Assembly: GCF_964355755.1 (NCBI RefSeq)
Contig: NC_092677.1
Span: 6,222,101 to 6,286,100, forward strand
Reading direction: 5' to 3'
Source of the DNA: Antedon mediterranea
Taxonomy: Eukaryota; Animalia; Echinodermata
Length of the DNA: 64,000 bases
Below are positions 39,801-54,480 of the stretch, one piece after another. The translations under genes and the position numbers were made by a program. The notes under the pieces were generated by a model. The model saw nothing but the letters and a program-made list of their open reading frames with translations. It did not search any database and was not told the origin of the DNA. Numbering within the stretch: position 1 is the stretch's first letter; every line of letters begins with the position of its first letter.

Positions 39801-40345
39801 ATCTTTTGTGACAATTGTGTACAAATGGATTTGAAACATAAAAGGCGACTGATAATAATTCGCAATTATTACATATTATTATTTTACATACGTTTGGTAA
39901 GTTTTCTTGACGCGGTTGAAATCAGCGGGGCTCACACCACCATCGAAAACGGGTACTAATGCTAGTACAAAATAACAAACACGAACAACAAGTAAACAAA
40001 TAAGCCACTTTTTAAAATTTACTTTTTTATTTGTTGACGAAAAAATCATGGCCACGATCAGAACAGTACAATCGAATATGGACATCAATTTTACCAAATA
40101 TTGAACATCACCTATGCTTCTTGCAAACCTGGGCTAAACAAGTTGACGTCGCCAAGGAGTAGCCTACACACAACTCAATCCGATGACATAGAAAAATATA
40201 TTGCTTTTAAAAATGATAATTTAATATGCTGATCCTTATTTGAGTTGGAATGCACACGTAAATGAAATTCATTGTATGCAGCTATCGTAATCATCAAAGA
40301 TAAGATCTTTAAATATAATTTTTTTTTTATTGCAACTTATATTAT

Positions 40346-42908
40346 CTATTCAGTATAGTCGTATGGCGATTTTATACGAATTAAACGTTTTATAGCCTCA
40401 AAGTAAAGCGTTGAATCTTTAGTGTAATTTGCCATTATTTGTGTTCGAACTAAACTTGCTCCTGCATCATCCAACTCAGAAAGTTTAGCTCCTGAAGACA
40501 TTGCCAAAATCTGTATAAATGAATATATTATTAATTATCCCTTCTATGAAAGTTATTTGTAATTAAAAATGTAACAGTTTTTTTTGTATCGTCCTCAAGC
40601 TTAACTTGAAACTGGGAAATTCGGATAGTATATGGATACGTAACCAGCAGTCCCTGCCAATTTATTATACCACCAGAGAAACACAGTTTAGGTTTTAGTA
40701 CATACATTCAATCAGTAATAATAGATGCTCTTAAGAGAGATCACAGAGCGTCTTGATAGACAATTACGGTACGGCACACAATAATCTCCGACACGCTACA
40801 CTGCAATAATACACTCAATACTCCAATAATGTAAGTGTTTTTTTAAACAATTTCTATACCGGCGGCTCAATTATATTTGTCAAATTTCAAAAGAAAAAAT
40901 GACAGGATCACTGTATTATTCTGTGTAAGAAAATAGGGCAATGTTGTCAGTAGGGTCGGTTGAATGGTTGTCTTTGTGTTATTTTTCTATATAACAAATA
41001 CTTGATATTATGCTTCAACAACTGTTAAGCTCTGTCTACACTATCAAACTAACTTAACAAAAAACATATGATATGCCCAAAAATATGGTAGTGATATTCT
41101 CAAATAGGTATGACATCATCATGTCCATATAATATGAGCACATCACACTATTTTTGTCACATAAAGTTTGATAGTGTAGACGGAGCTGTATAGTATTTAG
41201 TCAGTAGACTTATTTTTGTATAATTTTATACGTATTATGCCTACATTTTATGGACCACAGAATCCGAAATAAAATATTGAATGTACATTATAAAAGTAAT
41301 TTTTTGTCTGTATGTTTGTATAAATGTGTTTAATTAATTAATAAAATGTAACTATGTATACATACTTGAACCATTGCTGCTCTTTCCAAATAGTATGTTG
41401 TATTAAATGCACGTGCTACGGTTTTGTCGGTTACTAATATTCCATGATTACCCATTATTAACACAGATTTTCCACTCATAATCCTAGCTAACCTACACCC
41501 TTCCTCTGTGTCCATTGCAAGACCCTCGTAACCATCATCATAGGCAACGTCACCGAAAAAACGAGCTGAATTTTGATGAATCATTCGCAAGGTGGGATCT
41601 TGAAGGCATGCTGAAAGGGAATGGCTGTCATTAAAGATGTATTATCCCTCTGAAAAAATAATTATTCATCATCATCAATTCTTCATTTTTCATGTTTTAG
41701 AGGAACAATACATCTTTAAAGGTTTGTCCTGAAAACATTTTTTTGAATAGGCCGATAATATATTTATCGGTTCGTCGATATACCTAAAAATAGTCAAATT
41801 GGCTGCCAGCAATGGGGTTTTGGTTTTGTTATAGGCCTACAGGTAGGCCTAAGTGAACATTATTTTACTGTGTTTTTTTCAATGCAGATGATAAATACTG
41901 TATTTACATAGTGCTGAACAATACGGTGTATGCAGATGGAATACTGTGTTTATAGAAGATCCACTTTTGAGGGCCTCTTGATAAACTTGGCAATGAATAT
42001 TTACAGCTGTAGTTTCTGGTTCACCAACACCTTCTACAACAGTACCACTCGCCATGTCCACACCCACTAAACGGCTAGCTGTCACCTGTGATATATTACA
42101 ACTTTTAAATTAAATCTGAATAGTAGTAGTAAAAACGATATTTTATAGGCCTAGAACAGTCTCTGTCCCTCCACTCTCTCCTCTATATAATAAAGGTCAT
42201 TCTCATCTCCCTGATATTCAAATTGCACTCAATTTTAAATAATTTTGTACTATTTTTTTTCTAGTATGTATTTTTCTGTTTTTTTTAGGCAGATGCTACT
42301 GTATTTGCCCGAGATGGCATCGGTTGTAGCTATTTGAATTGAACTAGGCCATAGGCTTACTTACTTGGACCCGACATTTTTGACCTACAACAATACACAA
42401 ACCACAACAAAAAGTAGGCCTTCCAGTCCACTAGCTACGTGACCAAAAACAACAGGCAGATAATCTTTGAACAAAGGACCTATTTAAGTAGTGTACGAAG
42501 TAAACTAGAAGTACAGTATTACTTCTTGTTAGTAGTTAGGACCTAGCCTATAGTTATACATACTTCATTCCAATGAAGTCCGTACGGGAAAAGTAGGATA
42601 ACCTCTCCTTTTCCATTTCGTGCAGGTGCTTTGGTTGATAGATGATTGTTAATTCCTTCAGAAAGACCAAAGGAATCTAATGCTTGATAGGCAGCTGCAA
42701 GCTCTTCCCGTTGTTGTTTATTCATTTCAACACAACTGGCCTCTTCAGACCATGTTGCCCGTCCGCGATGTGACCTCCTTTCCCATGCGAGAATCGGCCT
42801 AGGCCTAGAAAGCCTAGGCCTAGCCGAATACATCCTACGAGTACTAATGTTCAGACACTGCCACCGATATAAACTAGTTAAAAGCTTTTGCACACACCCA
42901 ACTGACAT
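40346..42908 (-). CDS. Class II aldolase/adducin N-terminal domain protein, paralog A (about 310 aa; exons 42908-42564, 42085-41908, 41610-41366, 40510-40346)
   Basis: REELAAAY..GLSEGINNHLS..PYGLHWNEVTAS..FHLHTPY..MGNHGILV..YYLERAAMVQ; Arg-rich N-terminal extension. Confidence 0.9.
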
Positions 42909-43297
42909 ATTTATAAGTTAATGTCTTCGTGTTTATCACTGTAATTTTAAAAGCACATTGATCAGAATTTTTTCCGATCACAAACTAACCAAAACATAAA
43001 ATATTATTGTTGTAGGCCTGTATAAACGGCGGCGCCGCCAACCACCAATTACAGATCGAAGAAGATAAATCGAGGCCGCATATATATCGATGTGTGCGTT
43101 CTTTTTACCAGTTTTATTTATTTGTTGACCTTGAATCGAATGGCACTCACAATGTGGTGCGTTAAAAAAAAGGAAAATATTTTGAAGGGTAAAAAGAAAA
43201 CATGCATTATTAAAGATGTATAAATTGTTCCTCTGAAAAAATATTTATAAAAATTGTTTTGTTGAATATATCAAATTGTGAAAAGAGCTGGTAGACC

Positions 43298-43332
43298 CAG
43301 GGAAGAGTTAAATGTAATTTAACTCTTCCCTG
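43298..43332. repeat. 35-bp palindrome CAGGGAAGAGTTAAAT-GTA-ATTTAACTCTTCCCTG with 7-bp TSD GTAGACC
   Basis: TSD at 43291-43297 and 43333-43339. Confidence 0.9.
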
Positions 43333-44257
43333 GTAGACCTAAACTTATAGGCGATATAAATCTGCTTGGATAATTATATACAGTAATGATAGATCAATAC
43401 AGGCTGCTTTGCGTATAATGGGTGATGACAAGATGTATTATACAATCATAACCTACTTTTAATGTATCTTTGTGGGTATTTTGTTGTAATCTTCTGAATT
43501 TGTATAGTATATATTTTTTTATATTTCATGCCAATTTCAAATGAATTTCCATTTATATTACTATGGACAATAAAATAATATCAGTATCAGTATTTTAATG
43601 TCACATAATAGTTACAGTAAGTATTCATTTTGACCAAAAATTAGAATGGAAAAAAATGATTACCTGAAAAAACTGTAATATAGCAAAAATAGCCAATGGG
43701 TTGTTGGTTGAATTGAACAGTTTATTTTATCATTTTATAAGTTAAACATTATTTTGCAGTCAGTCTTGCCAGGCCCGTAGCCAGGGAGGGTTTTTATGGT
43801 TCGGGCGAACCCCCCTTTACAGCGACACCCCCCCCCCCCCCTTAACCGACTGCGAACCCCTATCCCCGACATCCACAATACCTCACCACACCCTCATCTC
43901 TGAAAATCCTCCAAATACGTGCCCCACAATACAAAAGGTTGTTTGTAAATTGAAAAATTTGTAAACTCGTTCGTGAATAACTCATACCTTATTATTAAAC
44001 AAATGAATTGGTTGCCGATTTTCACCTGAAAAATAATACGAATTTTTGGTCCCAGGATGTAACATGATATTGACGCGAGCTTGGGCACGAACTAATCGTA
44101 CAAAGAACACCGCTAGACAACCGCGTACCTATTGTTTCGATCACTGGCAGTCAGCATGCATAAAGTATATAGCCTTCCGACGTACATCAAAAAATGGAAC
44201 GCTGCGGTTACCTACAATATTTATGTGTGGCTATGAAGTATAGTGTATCATCATCAT

Positions 44258-46182
44258 CAGGCCCGTAGCCAGAATGCATCTGAGGGGGGTTTTCTTGACA
44301 CCAAGTATTTTGCGAGCGCAGCGAGCAACTGTAGGCTGGGGGCCAGGGGGCCGCCAAGGGCCCCCGGTCGGGGTCCAGGGGGCGAAGGCCCCTGGAAGCT
44401 TTGGCTCTCAGAGCAATTTCGGTTGTTTTAATAAGCTTACAGAGACATTTTTTACCTACTAAAATCTGAGTTATGCAGAGAAATTATATAGTACAGTATT
44501 ATGGAAGTTAGTATAGTACTGATCATGAAATACAGCTTTATTGTTGCAAAAAAGTATATTATATTAGGCCCTTAAATAATTTCTTATCCTATAAACATAA
44601 AAAACAAATAGTACCGTATATTTCGGTGTACAAGTCGCACCTGTGTATAAGACGCACCCATAAAACGGAGACTGAAATATTAGTATTTTTTATGTAGTCG
44701 ATGCATAAGACGCACTTATTTCTAGGCCGAAATTTAAACATTAATTTACAATCAAAACAATGGTATTTTAATAATAAAACAACGATATTTGAGACATATT
44801 TATTAGAATCAAATGATATAATTTTGTTTGATTGCCTTTATTACATCGTAATCAGTCTCTACTTCAACTGAACCTTCAATGAAAAGGGAAATCCCCATAT
44901 TGTTTCAGTTACGATGCACTGTGTGGGTAGGGCTGCCTATGTCTATTTAAGTAACTTTAATTTCATATTATTTAAATATATACCTTCTTATTGTGTGTAT
45001 GACCATTATAAAATCAATCCAAATGATGTTCAGTTTTTTGGGCTGATAATGAACCAGGAATATCATGTTGGGTAGGCCTATATGAAAATCTTTCTTATTT
45101 CCATGCATGCATTACAGCAATATGAGGAGAGGAGAGCACCAACCATGTGCTCCTTGCCTGGTGTCCAGCACTGTTGGCCATATGCACTATGAGATTAGGG
45201 GAAGCTACTTAACACAATAACAACACACTCTTTTAGATATCGCTTGACATACGAACTATTGCCTACATGATTATAAAATTATGTGATTGTTGACATAGAG
45301 ATGTAATAAAAATAAACCACCGTGATCAAGGGAAATAGTTATTGTGTAATTAAAATGTGACACCACCGTAATTAATGGACTCTTCCATAAATGTGTTGCG
45401 CTGTGATGCTGCATGCTGCTAGAATACACACCCGCGAGTTCAGAGAGTATTACTAGGCCTGTGTAGAATATCTAATGCGTACTTAACTGTAATATTAATT
45501 AATACAGTCGAGGATGACAATTTACCTTAACTAAAAATTCAATAAACTTGTTACCACACTGTGGTTAGACAGGAGTGAGTAACTAGCTAGGCCTACATTG
45601 CAGAGTAGTACACTATTTTTAATTAATTTAAATATTAGTAGGTAATTAAATTAATTAGGGTAACATTTAGAGGTCAAATTTGCGTGTCAAAAGTGCGTCT
45701 TATACACCGAAATATACGGTAGGCCTACGTACACGTACTAATTTAACTCAGCACCATTTTTATTCAAGTTTACACAGTGAAATTCTTTGGTTTAATGAAA
45801 AATATTTCCAGGAAAAAAATAAAAATCCCCAAAAAGATTGAACTGAACTGAACGTGATCTTGTGCGTTCCGAAAAGCCCGGCCGAAGCACGCGATTGGTC
45901 AGTCCATTTTTCTGTCATATTTATAACCGTCATCAACAATCTCTCGATCTCACGCTCAGCAGTGACTTTGACATCGGACAATCTGTATATTCGATCGATT
46001 TAAACATAGTCAATAGAAGTAAAATGACTAAAAAATCTGATATAATTGATAATTAATTGCACGATTTTGGAAGTGGGGCCTTTGTTTTTCAAGGGGGGTT
46101 CGCTGGTAAAAGGGGGGTTCGCGCAAAAGGGGGGGGGGGGGGTTCGCCCGAACCCCAAAAAACCCCCCTGGCTACGGGCCTG
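44258..46182. mobile_element. hAT-like non-autonomous element (CAGGCCCGTAGCCAG termini); related left end at 43770 and shorter copy at 53234-53627
   Basis: Inverted termini CAGGCCCGTAGCCAG / CTGGCTACGGGCCTG; internal sequence shared with the 53234 copy; TSD not clean. Confidence 0.7.
44614..45719. mobile_element. Tc1/pogo-type MITE nested in the hAT-like element
   Basis: TA|CCGTATATTTCGGTGTACAAGTCGCAC .. GTGCGTCTTATACACCGAAATATACGG|TA. Confidence 0.85.
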
Positions 46183-49100
46183 ATCATAGAGGATTACAGT
46201 GAATTTAATATATTACACTATAATATCTATGGTATCATGTACTGTAGTTTACATTAGGCCTATGGCATTCGATTATTTTTTTCTAGACCACCAGCCGATA
46301 CGTAGGCCTACTCAACTGTATCAATACCACCTATTTACATTGATATATTTAGTTTCCTCAACAAATTGCTGTAAATAAATATAGATAGAGCTATCAGGGG
46401 CGGTCGCAGGACTATTTTAAGAGGGTTGCCCAAAGACTCCAGGGCTGTAGACACTGAGTATTTGAGCAAGCAAATTGTTAAATGACACCCCTAGATGGCC
46501 GCAAATAGTACTCTCGCACGTAAATTTATGATAAATTTTTTTTCGTTCAATGCAAACGTCGCGGGGAAGTCTCCGATTAAGGTACTTTTGGTACGGTAAT
46601 ACATTCTAATAACTGTACTCAATTAATGTAAATTAATTATCAATTAATAATTTTAAAAAGTTGTACAAAAAATATGAAGCAGTTGCTATAAATATATTGA
46701 GCAAAAGGTTAAATTGTATAATTTGGAATTTTAATTCATTTAAAAATGCTAAATAAAGTCAGATGTTAAAACCACATTTTCCAAAAATTCATTTTCATTT
46801 ATCCACTATAAACTTTACAAAAGTGTTGTTTTAAACCACACTCCAAATAAAACAAAGAAAATAATGATAGAAAGAAAGCAAACTTTGCTCTGTTACCGGT
46901 ATAACACGGTTCAAATTTTGGAACGTCTATAAATTACTACGGAAACTCGGCCTATTTACGACGAACGTACGGAAATGAAGATAAATAGGGTACTACACGC
47001 ATCGGAAATACAACACTATACGCACAATTATGATTTGGCCTAAAAATTGGCCTTAGATTATGGAAAACCCCCGGCAAAACGCAATAATTATGGACAAATC
47101 GATTATTAGCCTTGGCAATATGCCTAATATTTAAAAGGAATGAATATAGGCTATATTTCGTTTGTCGATGAATTTTTTAAATCATGTGTGAATGATTGAT
47201 CCATTAGAGGTAATCTGTGATGGTTCTAGTAACACTGCTATGCGTGCGTAATTTGTGAATAACGTAGTAGTATGCTACATACACGAGCCTAGATAGGGAG
47301 GATCTGTACTGTCGTTCATTGCGAGAGGAGGGGGAAGTCCGGTAATGTGTCATGAAAAATGTAACAAGCCAGAGATGAAATAAAATTACTAACATTTAGC
47401 TGATTGTCGTTGTTTTAGTCGTCGTCAGAAGTTTATCGACCGACATCTATTTCTCATGTGTAGTAGAGCGTTTCTTTGATTGAATAATTTTTTTTGTATT
47501 ATAACACAAGTTCATTTTGGATTTTCAGTAAATTACCAATTGTTTATTCAAAGTCAAACTGTAACTAATCCCTCACTATTCAATCAAAATGTTATTATAC
47601 TACTGTATTGTTGAAAAATGGATTGCGTGATATGAAAATAGATTGATAGTAAAGTGTAATAAAGACACGTTCTTGTCTGGTTATTAGGTATGCATGCTCT
47701 GATAAAGCAGTGGATTATTTTTGTAGCGTTCCATTTAAAATAGATTTTATTACAAAGAAATATTTTGGTTGTGAAGGTCGTTTTAACAATTAGGCTAATA
47801 TCAAAACATTCAACAATGATAAAATGCCCTGCAACTCTGTAACTACTTTATGACTTAGCCTATCAAGTTCCGTGTCCGGATGGTATACGATGAAATGGAA
47901 CTCAATTTCAATTTAGTGGCAGAAACAACATTTAGTATGAAATTAAGGCTGTTGCCCGGGCCACAAGGGAAACACAGTGACAGTGGGACAGTGACCCAAA
48001 TACTTAGTGTCCGAACCCCCCTTTGACAGATCCTGGCTACGGCCCTGCTTGCTGTATGTGTGTGTGTGAGACTGAGAATGAAACACAAATATAGATGATA
48101 TAATGATTTGGATAAATATTTATTCTGAAAAGTCCTGTGAGTACGGATCACGGCAAAATAGAAATATATATTAAGTGATTAAGTAGAAAATACTGGGATG
48201 CTACAAGCACAAGCATGCGTTGCGGCTGGCGATGATTTAGAAAAGGGTGAAATGTTTGAGCCGCCAGCCGTGCAAAATGCGATTGGTGTGTGACACCAGC
48301 AATCGGGCGATTTTTTTTTCAGATTTTTTTTTCTACAGAAGTGATTAGCCTGACTACGGTCTATTCGAAGTTTCTGATTTTATTAATCTTCATTTTTCAG
48401 TTTGTTTTTTTTTTGGGTGGGGGGGGGGGGAATACATTTAACAAAACAAACCACAAACTTTTACAAGCATCAAAACATAAATCAATCATTATTGTAAAAA
48501 AAAGAAAAATAATTATGTTTCATAGAAATGTTTCATTTTAGCATAAATTTGTAGTAAAGTTTTTAACGGCCTGTTAGTGGCGATATTTCTCTGTTTGAAT
48601 GTGGACAGGGTTTTAAATAAAGAATAATTAAGGAATTTAAAACAAAAAGTTTTAAAGATGTATTGTTACATACAAGGCACAAACACAAGAGGCAATACAA
48701 AAGATATAGATTATATAATCTAATCTACGTTTTATTCTTCAAACAGAGAAGCAAAAGATAACAAAATCAATTAAATTGATTATAAAGATAAAGATTAATT
48801 AATAATATAAAATAATTATCAAAGCATAAGATGGTGGTAACACACAATCAAAATACATAAAGCAATTAAAGATTTTAAAATATAGCTGAGCCCAACAAGG
48901 CTAATATAAAGCTTTAGCCTACTTCAGTTGTTCAAAACAGTCAAACAGACTTTTAGATACTTCGATAGACTTTAACAGCTTTTAGTTTAGCTATCTCAGT
49001 ATTTGTATCAGGACTCATTAAATATGATTAATGTACCACTATTTATATTCTTATGCAAGATACAGTATATGGGGTGATTGAATGATCTCATTAAGTAAAA

Positions 49101-49300
49101 GGGGGACAATTCTTTAATATTAATCTGATAATGTATTCTTTAACTTTAATCTGATAATGTATTAATATAAATAAGCATGAAATAGAATACACTATATTTG
49201 TTAAAAAATTGCACCAAAGTATAATTAAAAATAAATACATGATCTAATCCCAAACCTTTAATGCAAACCACCCAATTAAAAAATAAACGATCTTTCCAAT

Positions 49301-52300
49301 TCATGAAGTAAAGTCTCCCTGATATGTGTGCTTCAAGATACGCTTGATTGACTCAAAATGTGCAGCAACAAGAAATCGACTGTCATTTTTAATCTGTTGG
49401 TTAACAAATTTTGCAAGATTATCTGGCAGCTTTGACATTTTTTTACCTGTTGACATGGCTAGTACCTGAAAAAAAAATATTGGTAAAAATAACTTTTAAA
49501 AAAATTACAGATATGTACAATAGCATCACCCTAAATCAAGTTTGAAGTTTATTGTTTCACACAATACAATATACAATATAAAACACAGAAAATAAATGAA
49601 TAAATATAATTGTGTGTGGAGGACGCATTAAAGATAAATATAAAGAGAGTAATCAAAGGCACAGTGTTGAACTGTGAAATGTGCAAACAACCACATTTGT
49701 GCAAACATTTTGCCCTCAATTAATGTGTAAACAACCACATTAAATGTGTAAACTTGTACAAATTCATAATCCAAATGTGCAAACATCACGCCGTCAAACA
49801 ATCAGTTTTGATGTTAAATGTGGAAACGAAATTCTACAAATGTGTAAATAATTTTCTTTAACCAAAACAAAATAACCAAAATGGAAAGTGGGATACAATA
49901 GATACTAATTCTCTGAGGACCTAAGGATACCAACTAACATGATTCTTTGCAAAGAACATAGGCCTACACTCACTTGAAGCTCGGCTGCCTTTTCTAGGTA
50001 GTACGTCTTATCAAAAGCCTCTGCAGTGCTCTTCCCCAAGACAAGTACTCCATGGTTGCCCATGAACATTACAGACTTTCCATGCAGTTGTTGAGCTATT
50101 CTAGGTCCCTCGACACCAGTTGTCGCTAGACCATCATAACCACAATCATATGCGACGTCCTCAAAAAATCGGGTTGAATTCTGATGTATCATATGAAGAG
50201 TGGGGTCTTCGAGACACGCTTGTGAAAATAAATTGAAGTTGAATGATTTGTCGGTTATTATTAACTTAGCATTTTCAAGTTTTATCATTCCATTTACACT
50301 GCCGAGTCAAAATCAAACATGTGTCAAATACAGATACATTTTATTTTTACATTCGATTAAGTAACCACTTACATTTACACAGCCAAAATAGCCACCATGC
50401 AACCTCCCAAAAAAAGATATTCAGTGTTGTTTTCATTGTAAACAAAGATACAACTTGGGGTATAACGGAATTGGCAATGAATATATTTGATATCATATTT
50501 TTAAATTGCACCAAGGAAGATGCCAACAACTTCTGTCGCTGATTAGGCGTGCACTCAAAAAAAAAAGTAAACAAAAAATATATTACTTAAATTTAAGTAG
50601 GTTATAAACAATTTGTCAAATTTTCTAAAAGCCCACCACGGTATAGTTTACACTTTACTGACAGAGATCCAACTTACCCAAAGAAGTAGCATGTGGTGGA
50701 TGTGTATGGAAAACAGACTGTATCGATGGATCAGTCTTGAGTATGTGACTGTGTAAAGCTTTGTGTATCTCTGCTGCTGATGTCTCGGGCTCACCATCAC
50801 CTTCAAGTACACTACCATTTTCAATGTTGATACCAAGCAGGCTGCTGGCTGTAACCTGGAGCATTAAATATACAAACATTTCATCAAAAAGAAAAATCAC
50901 AACGAAAATTGAATAAACTTTCCTGGACTTCTACGATCAAGGAATTTACCCAATCAGAGTATATTAATATACGTCGAGAAAACTATTCAGCACTACAGTA
51001 TAATAATACCACAAACTTTTTACCAACATGTTTATTTCGTCGTGACTAAAGATATTTTTTTTTTTAATTCATATCTTAACATATTCATTTCACATTCATA
51101 TGTTAACAAATTCATTTCACGTTCTTGTCTTAACGTGTTTACACCTTAACGTTCATTTCACATTCATATCTTAACATATTCATTATCTTGGCGTTCATTT
51201 CACATTCATCTCTTAACGTTCATTTCACATTCATATCTTAACATATTCATTATCTTGGCGTTCATTTCACATTCATCTCTTAACGTTCATTTCACATTCA
51301 TATCTTAACATATTCATTATCTTGGCGTTCATTTTACATTCATCTCTTAACGTTCATTTCACATTCATATCTTAACGTATAGGCCTACATAATTTAACTT
51401 ATTCATATCTAAGGTGTTCATATTCCATATTCATATCTCAACATATTCATTACTTAACATGTTCATATCTTAACGTTTTTATATCTTAACATATTCATTT
51501 CACATTTATCTCTGAACGTATTGATATTTTAACTTATTCATATCCTAGGGTGTTTATATCCCAACATTTTCATATCTTAACTTTTATTCATATCTTAATA
51601 TATTCATTTCACATTCATATCTTAATATATTCATTTCACATTCATATCTTAACATGTTCATTTCACATTCATATCTTAGCATATTCATATCTTGACTAAA
51701 GATACGGTACCGGTACCATATCCTAACTTCCGTTTGCTAAAGGTACGGTGCATTACGTCATAATCAGCCAATAGGGTACTGGTACGTGTGTGACGTCATC
51801 GTATAAGCACTTTCTTTTTTCGTATCGCGAAAATCGAAAACAAAGGTGATCAACCGCGTTTAACATTTTCTTGATTCATTTATCGCTAAATTATCGCGTG
51901 TGTGTGACAAAACCTCTACGAAGTAGCCCTAGGCTAGGTCGGTGATTGAAAAGCAAAAAATGTTAATTTCAATTCTTCAATACTGAAAACCGTTTCAAAA
52001 GAGAAGGACTAAGAAACAAAGTGATATGATAGAATCAATATTTCCAAAAAAGGGCTTGCAGAATAATAACTGTGTAATGATTACATATGTTATAACCAGC
52101 ACTCAAGGATCTTTCTCTAGACACTTTATCTGATAGAAGGCGTAATATACAGGTATGCTATAAGTTTGCTCTGAATTCTTTGAAAAGTATTCATTTTGGA
52201 AAATGAATGCAAGTAACATGAAACTACGTGTGTAAAGTATCAATAACCCAAATGCAGAGTTGAAAGCTATAGAAAAGTGCAATCCCATACCATACCTTAT

Positions 52301-53991
52301 CTCGTTTCTAAATGAATAATCATGATGTATTACCCCATTATCAGCGCAGTACAGTTTTCTTTTCTCTTATGTTTCCTTTTACGCTCTTTTCTTATGTCTC
52401 TGTTTTCTTGTTGGTCCTTTTTGGTGGTTTAATTTATCTTTCTATTTTAAGCTAAACTTTTCTGTTCCTGTATATAGTTTTTGGTGTCAATTTTAACCTT
52501 TTATATATATAATTACCATTGGTTTTATACTTTTATACACATTTTTATATTTAGAATATGTAAATATCCTTGTAATTCAGCTAGGCCTAGCAGTGTTATC
52601 AATTATCAAGAGGTTATCACGGGTGACATGCCAGGAAGGAAGTCCTCGGTAGGCTAAATTTGCTTATTATGTATTGTTGTAGGCCCAGAAAAAAGTTTGA
52701 AACAACTGTTTTTAGATTATTTTCAGTTTTGTAAACTTGAAATTGTAGTTTTTTTACATTAGTTGTGTCGATTGTGTAGTAGTAGTAGTAGATCGAGTTC
52801 ATATGTTATTGGTAGACGTTAGTTACAAAAAGCGTTTACAACATGACAATCTCAAATATTATTTCATAATACTGTATACAACATACATTTCATGAAACAA
52901 GTTGTTTCATAGATCTCAATTGCTCTGTTAAAATGCATCGTAACTGCCAAATCGATCACCCTCAGAGAGAGCCGCTTTCGTCCCGATGCCTCGATCGTGT
53001 TGTTGTTTTTGGATGTGGAGAGGATGAAAAAAGCCAAGAAACCGTGCGCCAAGCCTTATACGATGTTGTCATACACATACCAGTACCCCATTGGCTGATT
53101 ATAACGTAATGCAATTTTACTGTACCTTTAGCAAACGGAAATTGGGATACGGTACCGTATCTTTAGCCACAGCGTTTTTCATTTTGCCATTCTCCCCTCT
53201 GTAGTGAAAAGTCTAGCCATAATCTACTCTAGACAGGCCCGTAGCCAGAATGCATCAGACTGGAGGGGGGTTTTGTTGAAACCAATTATTTTGGGGTTCC
53301 AGGAGCCGAGGGGCCCTGTAAGCTTTGGCTCTCAGAGAAATTTCGGTTGTTTTAATCAGCTTACAGAGACATTTTTACCTACTAAATTCCAAGTTATGCA
53401 GAGAAATTATATAATTAAGTATTCTATAATTGATAATTAATTGCACAATTTTGTGGGGCCTTTGATTTTCAAGGGGTGGGGGGGGGGGGGGGGGTCGATG
53501 GTAAAAGGGGGTTTCGCGAAAAAGGTGGGGGGAGATTCGCGCAAAGGGGGAGGGGTTAGCGCAAAAGGAGGGGGGTTCGCCCCCCCCCCCTCCCCCAAAA
53601 AAGAAAAAACCCCTGGCTACGGGCCTAGTAAGTTATATAACATTAGTTTAGGTACCTCTGTCCAGTGCAAGCCGTATTTCACAATTAGCATAACTTCTCC
53701 TTCACCATTTTTTGCAGGAGTTCGTGACGTTAAATGGTTACATACACCTTCGCTCAGTCCGTAGTATGCTAGTCCTCTGTAGGCTGCTGCAAGATCCTCT
53801 CTGTCTTGTCGGTTCTTTTCTATTGAGCTCGAAGGTTTTACCTTATTCGCTTGTTCTATGTTGAGCCACGGCCTATACTTCTGTTGTTGTTGCTGCTTAC
53901 ACAGGCCTACTGTGGATGTTGAGATCATTCGTAAATTATCCCATACAAATGGGAAAAAAGAACGAGAATTTAATGATATACAGTTAAACAT
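49301..53991 (-). CDS. Class II aldolase/adducin N-terminal domain protein, paralog B (about 307 aa; exons 53991-53656, 50855-50678, 50218-49974, 49465-49301)
   Basis: REDLAAAYRG..GLSEGVCNHLT..YGLHWTEVTASSLL..FHTHPPH..MGNHGVLV..YYLEKAAELQ; exons 2-4 have the same lengths (178/245/165 nt) as in paralog A. Confidence 0.9.
51066..51693. repeat. Degenerate tandem array built on TTCATTTCACATTCATATCTTAAC
   Basis: Directly visible, with a higher-order period of about 65 bp at 51150-51375. Confidence 0.85.
51694..53168. mobile_element. TIR element with imperfect inverted repeats of about 90 bp in intron 1 of paralog B
   Basis: CTAAAGATACGGTACC..TTCCGTTTGCTAAAGGTAC..CATTACG.ATAATCAGCCAAT.GGGTACTGGTA is mirrored at 53078-53167. 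Confidence 0.75.
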
Positions 53992-54150
53992 AGTTAATAC
54001 ACAATAACTGTTACGACAACAAAAACACGTGTCCCCTGTGTGTGGCGAAGCAATTGTTGTTAAATGACACCCGGTTACAACCGAACCGCTAATAATGTAG
54101 AAAACGCCAGTGAATGTCGAAACAACCGTTAATATAAAATGTAGTAAAAC

Positions 54151-54480
54151 CAGTTTGGCCAGCCATTATGCCAGATTATGTTAGAGGGCGGTTTATGTTT
54201 ATATGTAGGCCTAGTACAACAACAAAGTTCGTGAAGCAAAAAAAAAAAGGTCTTCAGGTGTTTTGGCCAAATTGTGCCAGATTGTGTACAAATTATGCCA
54301 GATTTTTTTGAAAAAATATGCCAGATAATATGCTAAATCGTGGAGAATATGCTTGAAAATGGTGAAAATTGCGTTTTTCAAATTATGCCCGATTATGCCA
54401 GGTTTTCTAAAATTATGCCCAGATGGGTCAAAATTATGCCAGAAAATCATACATAAATTATGCCAGATTTGGCAACTATG
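54151..54480. mobile_element. MITE-like remnant with repeated ATTATGCCAGA motifs
   Basis: About nine copies of the motif; ends in GATTTGGCAACTATG. Confidence 0.5.
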
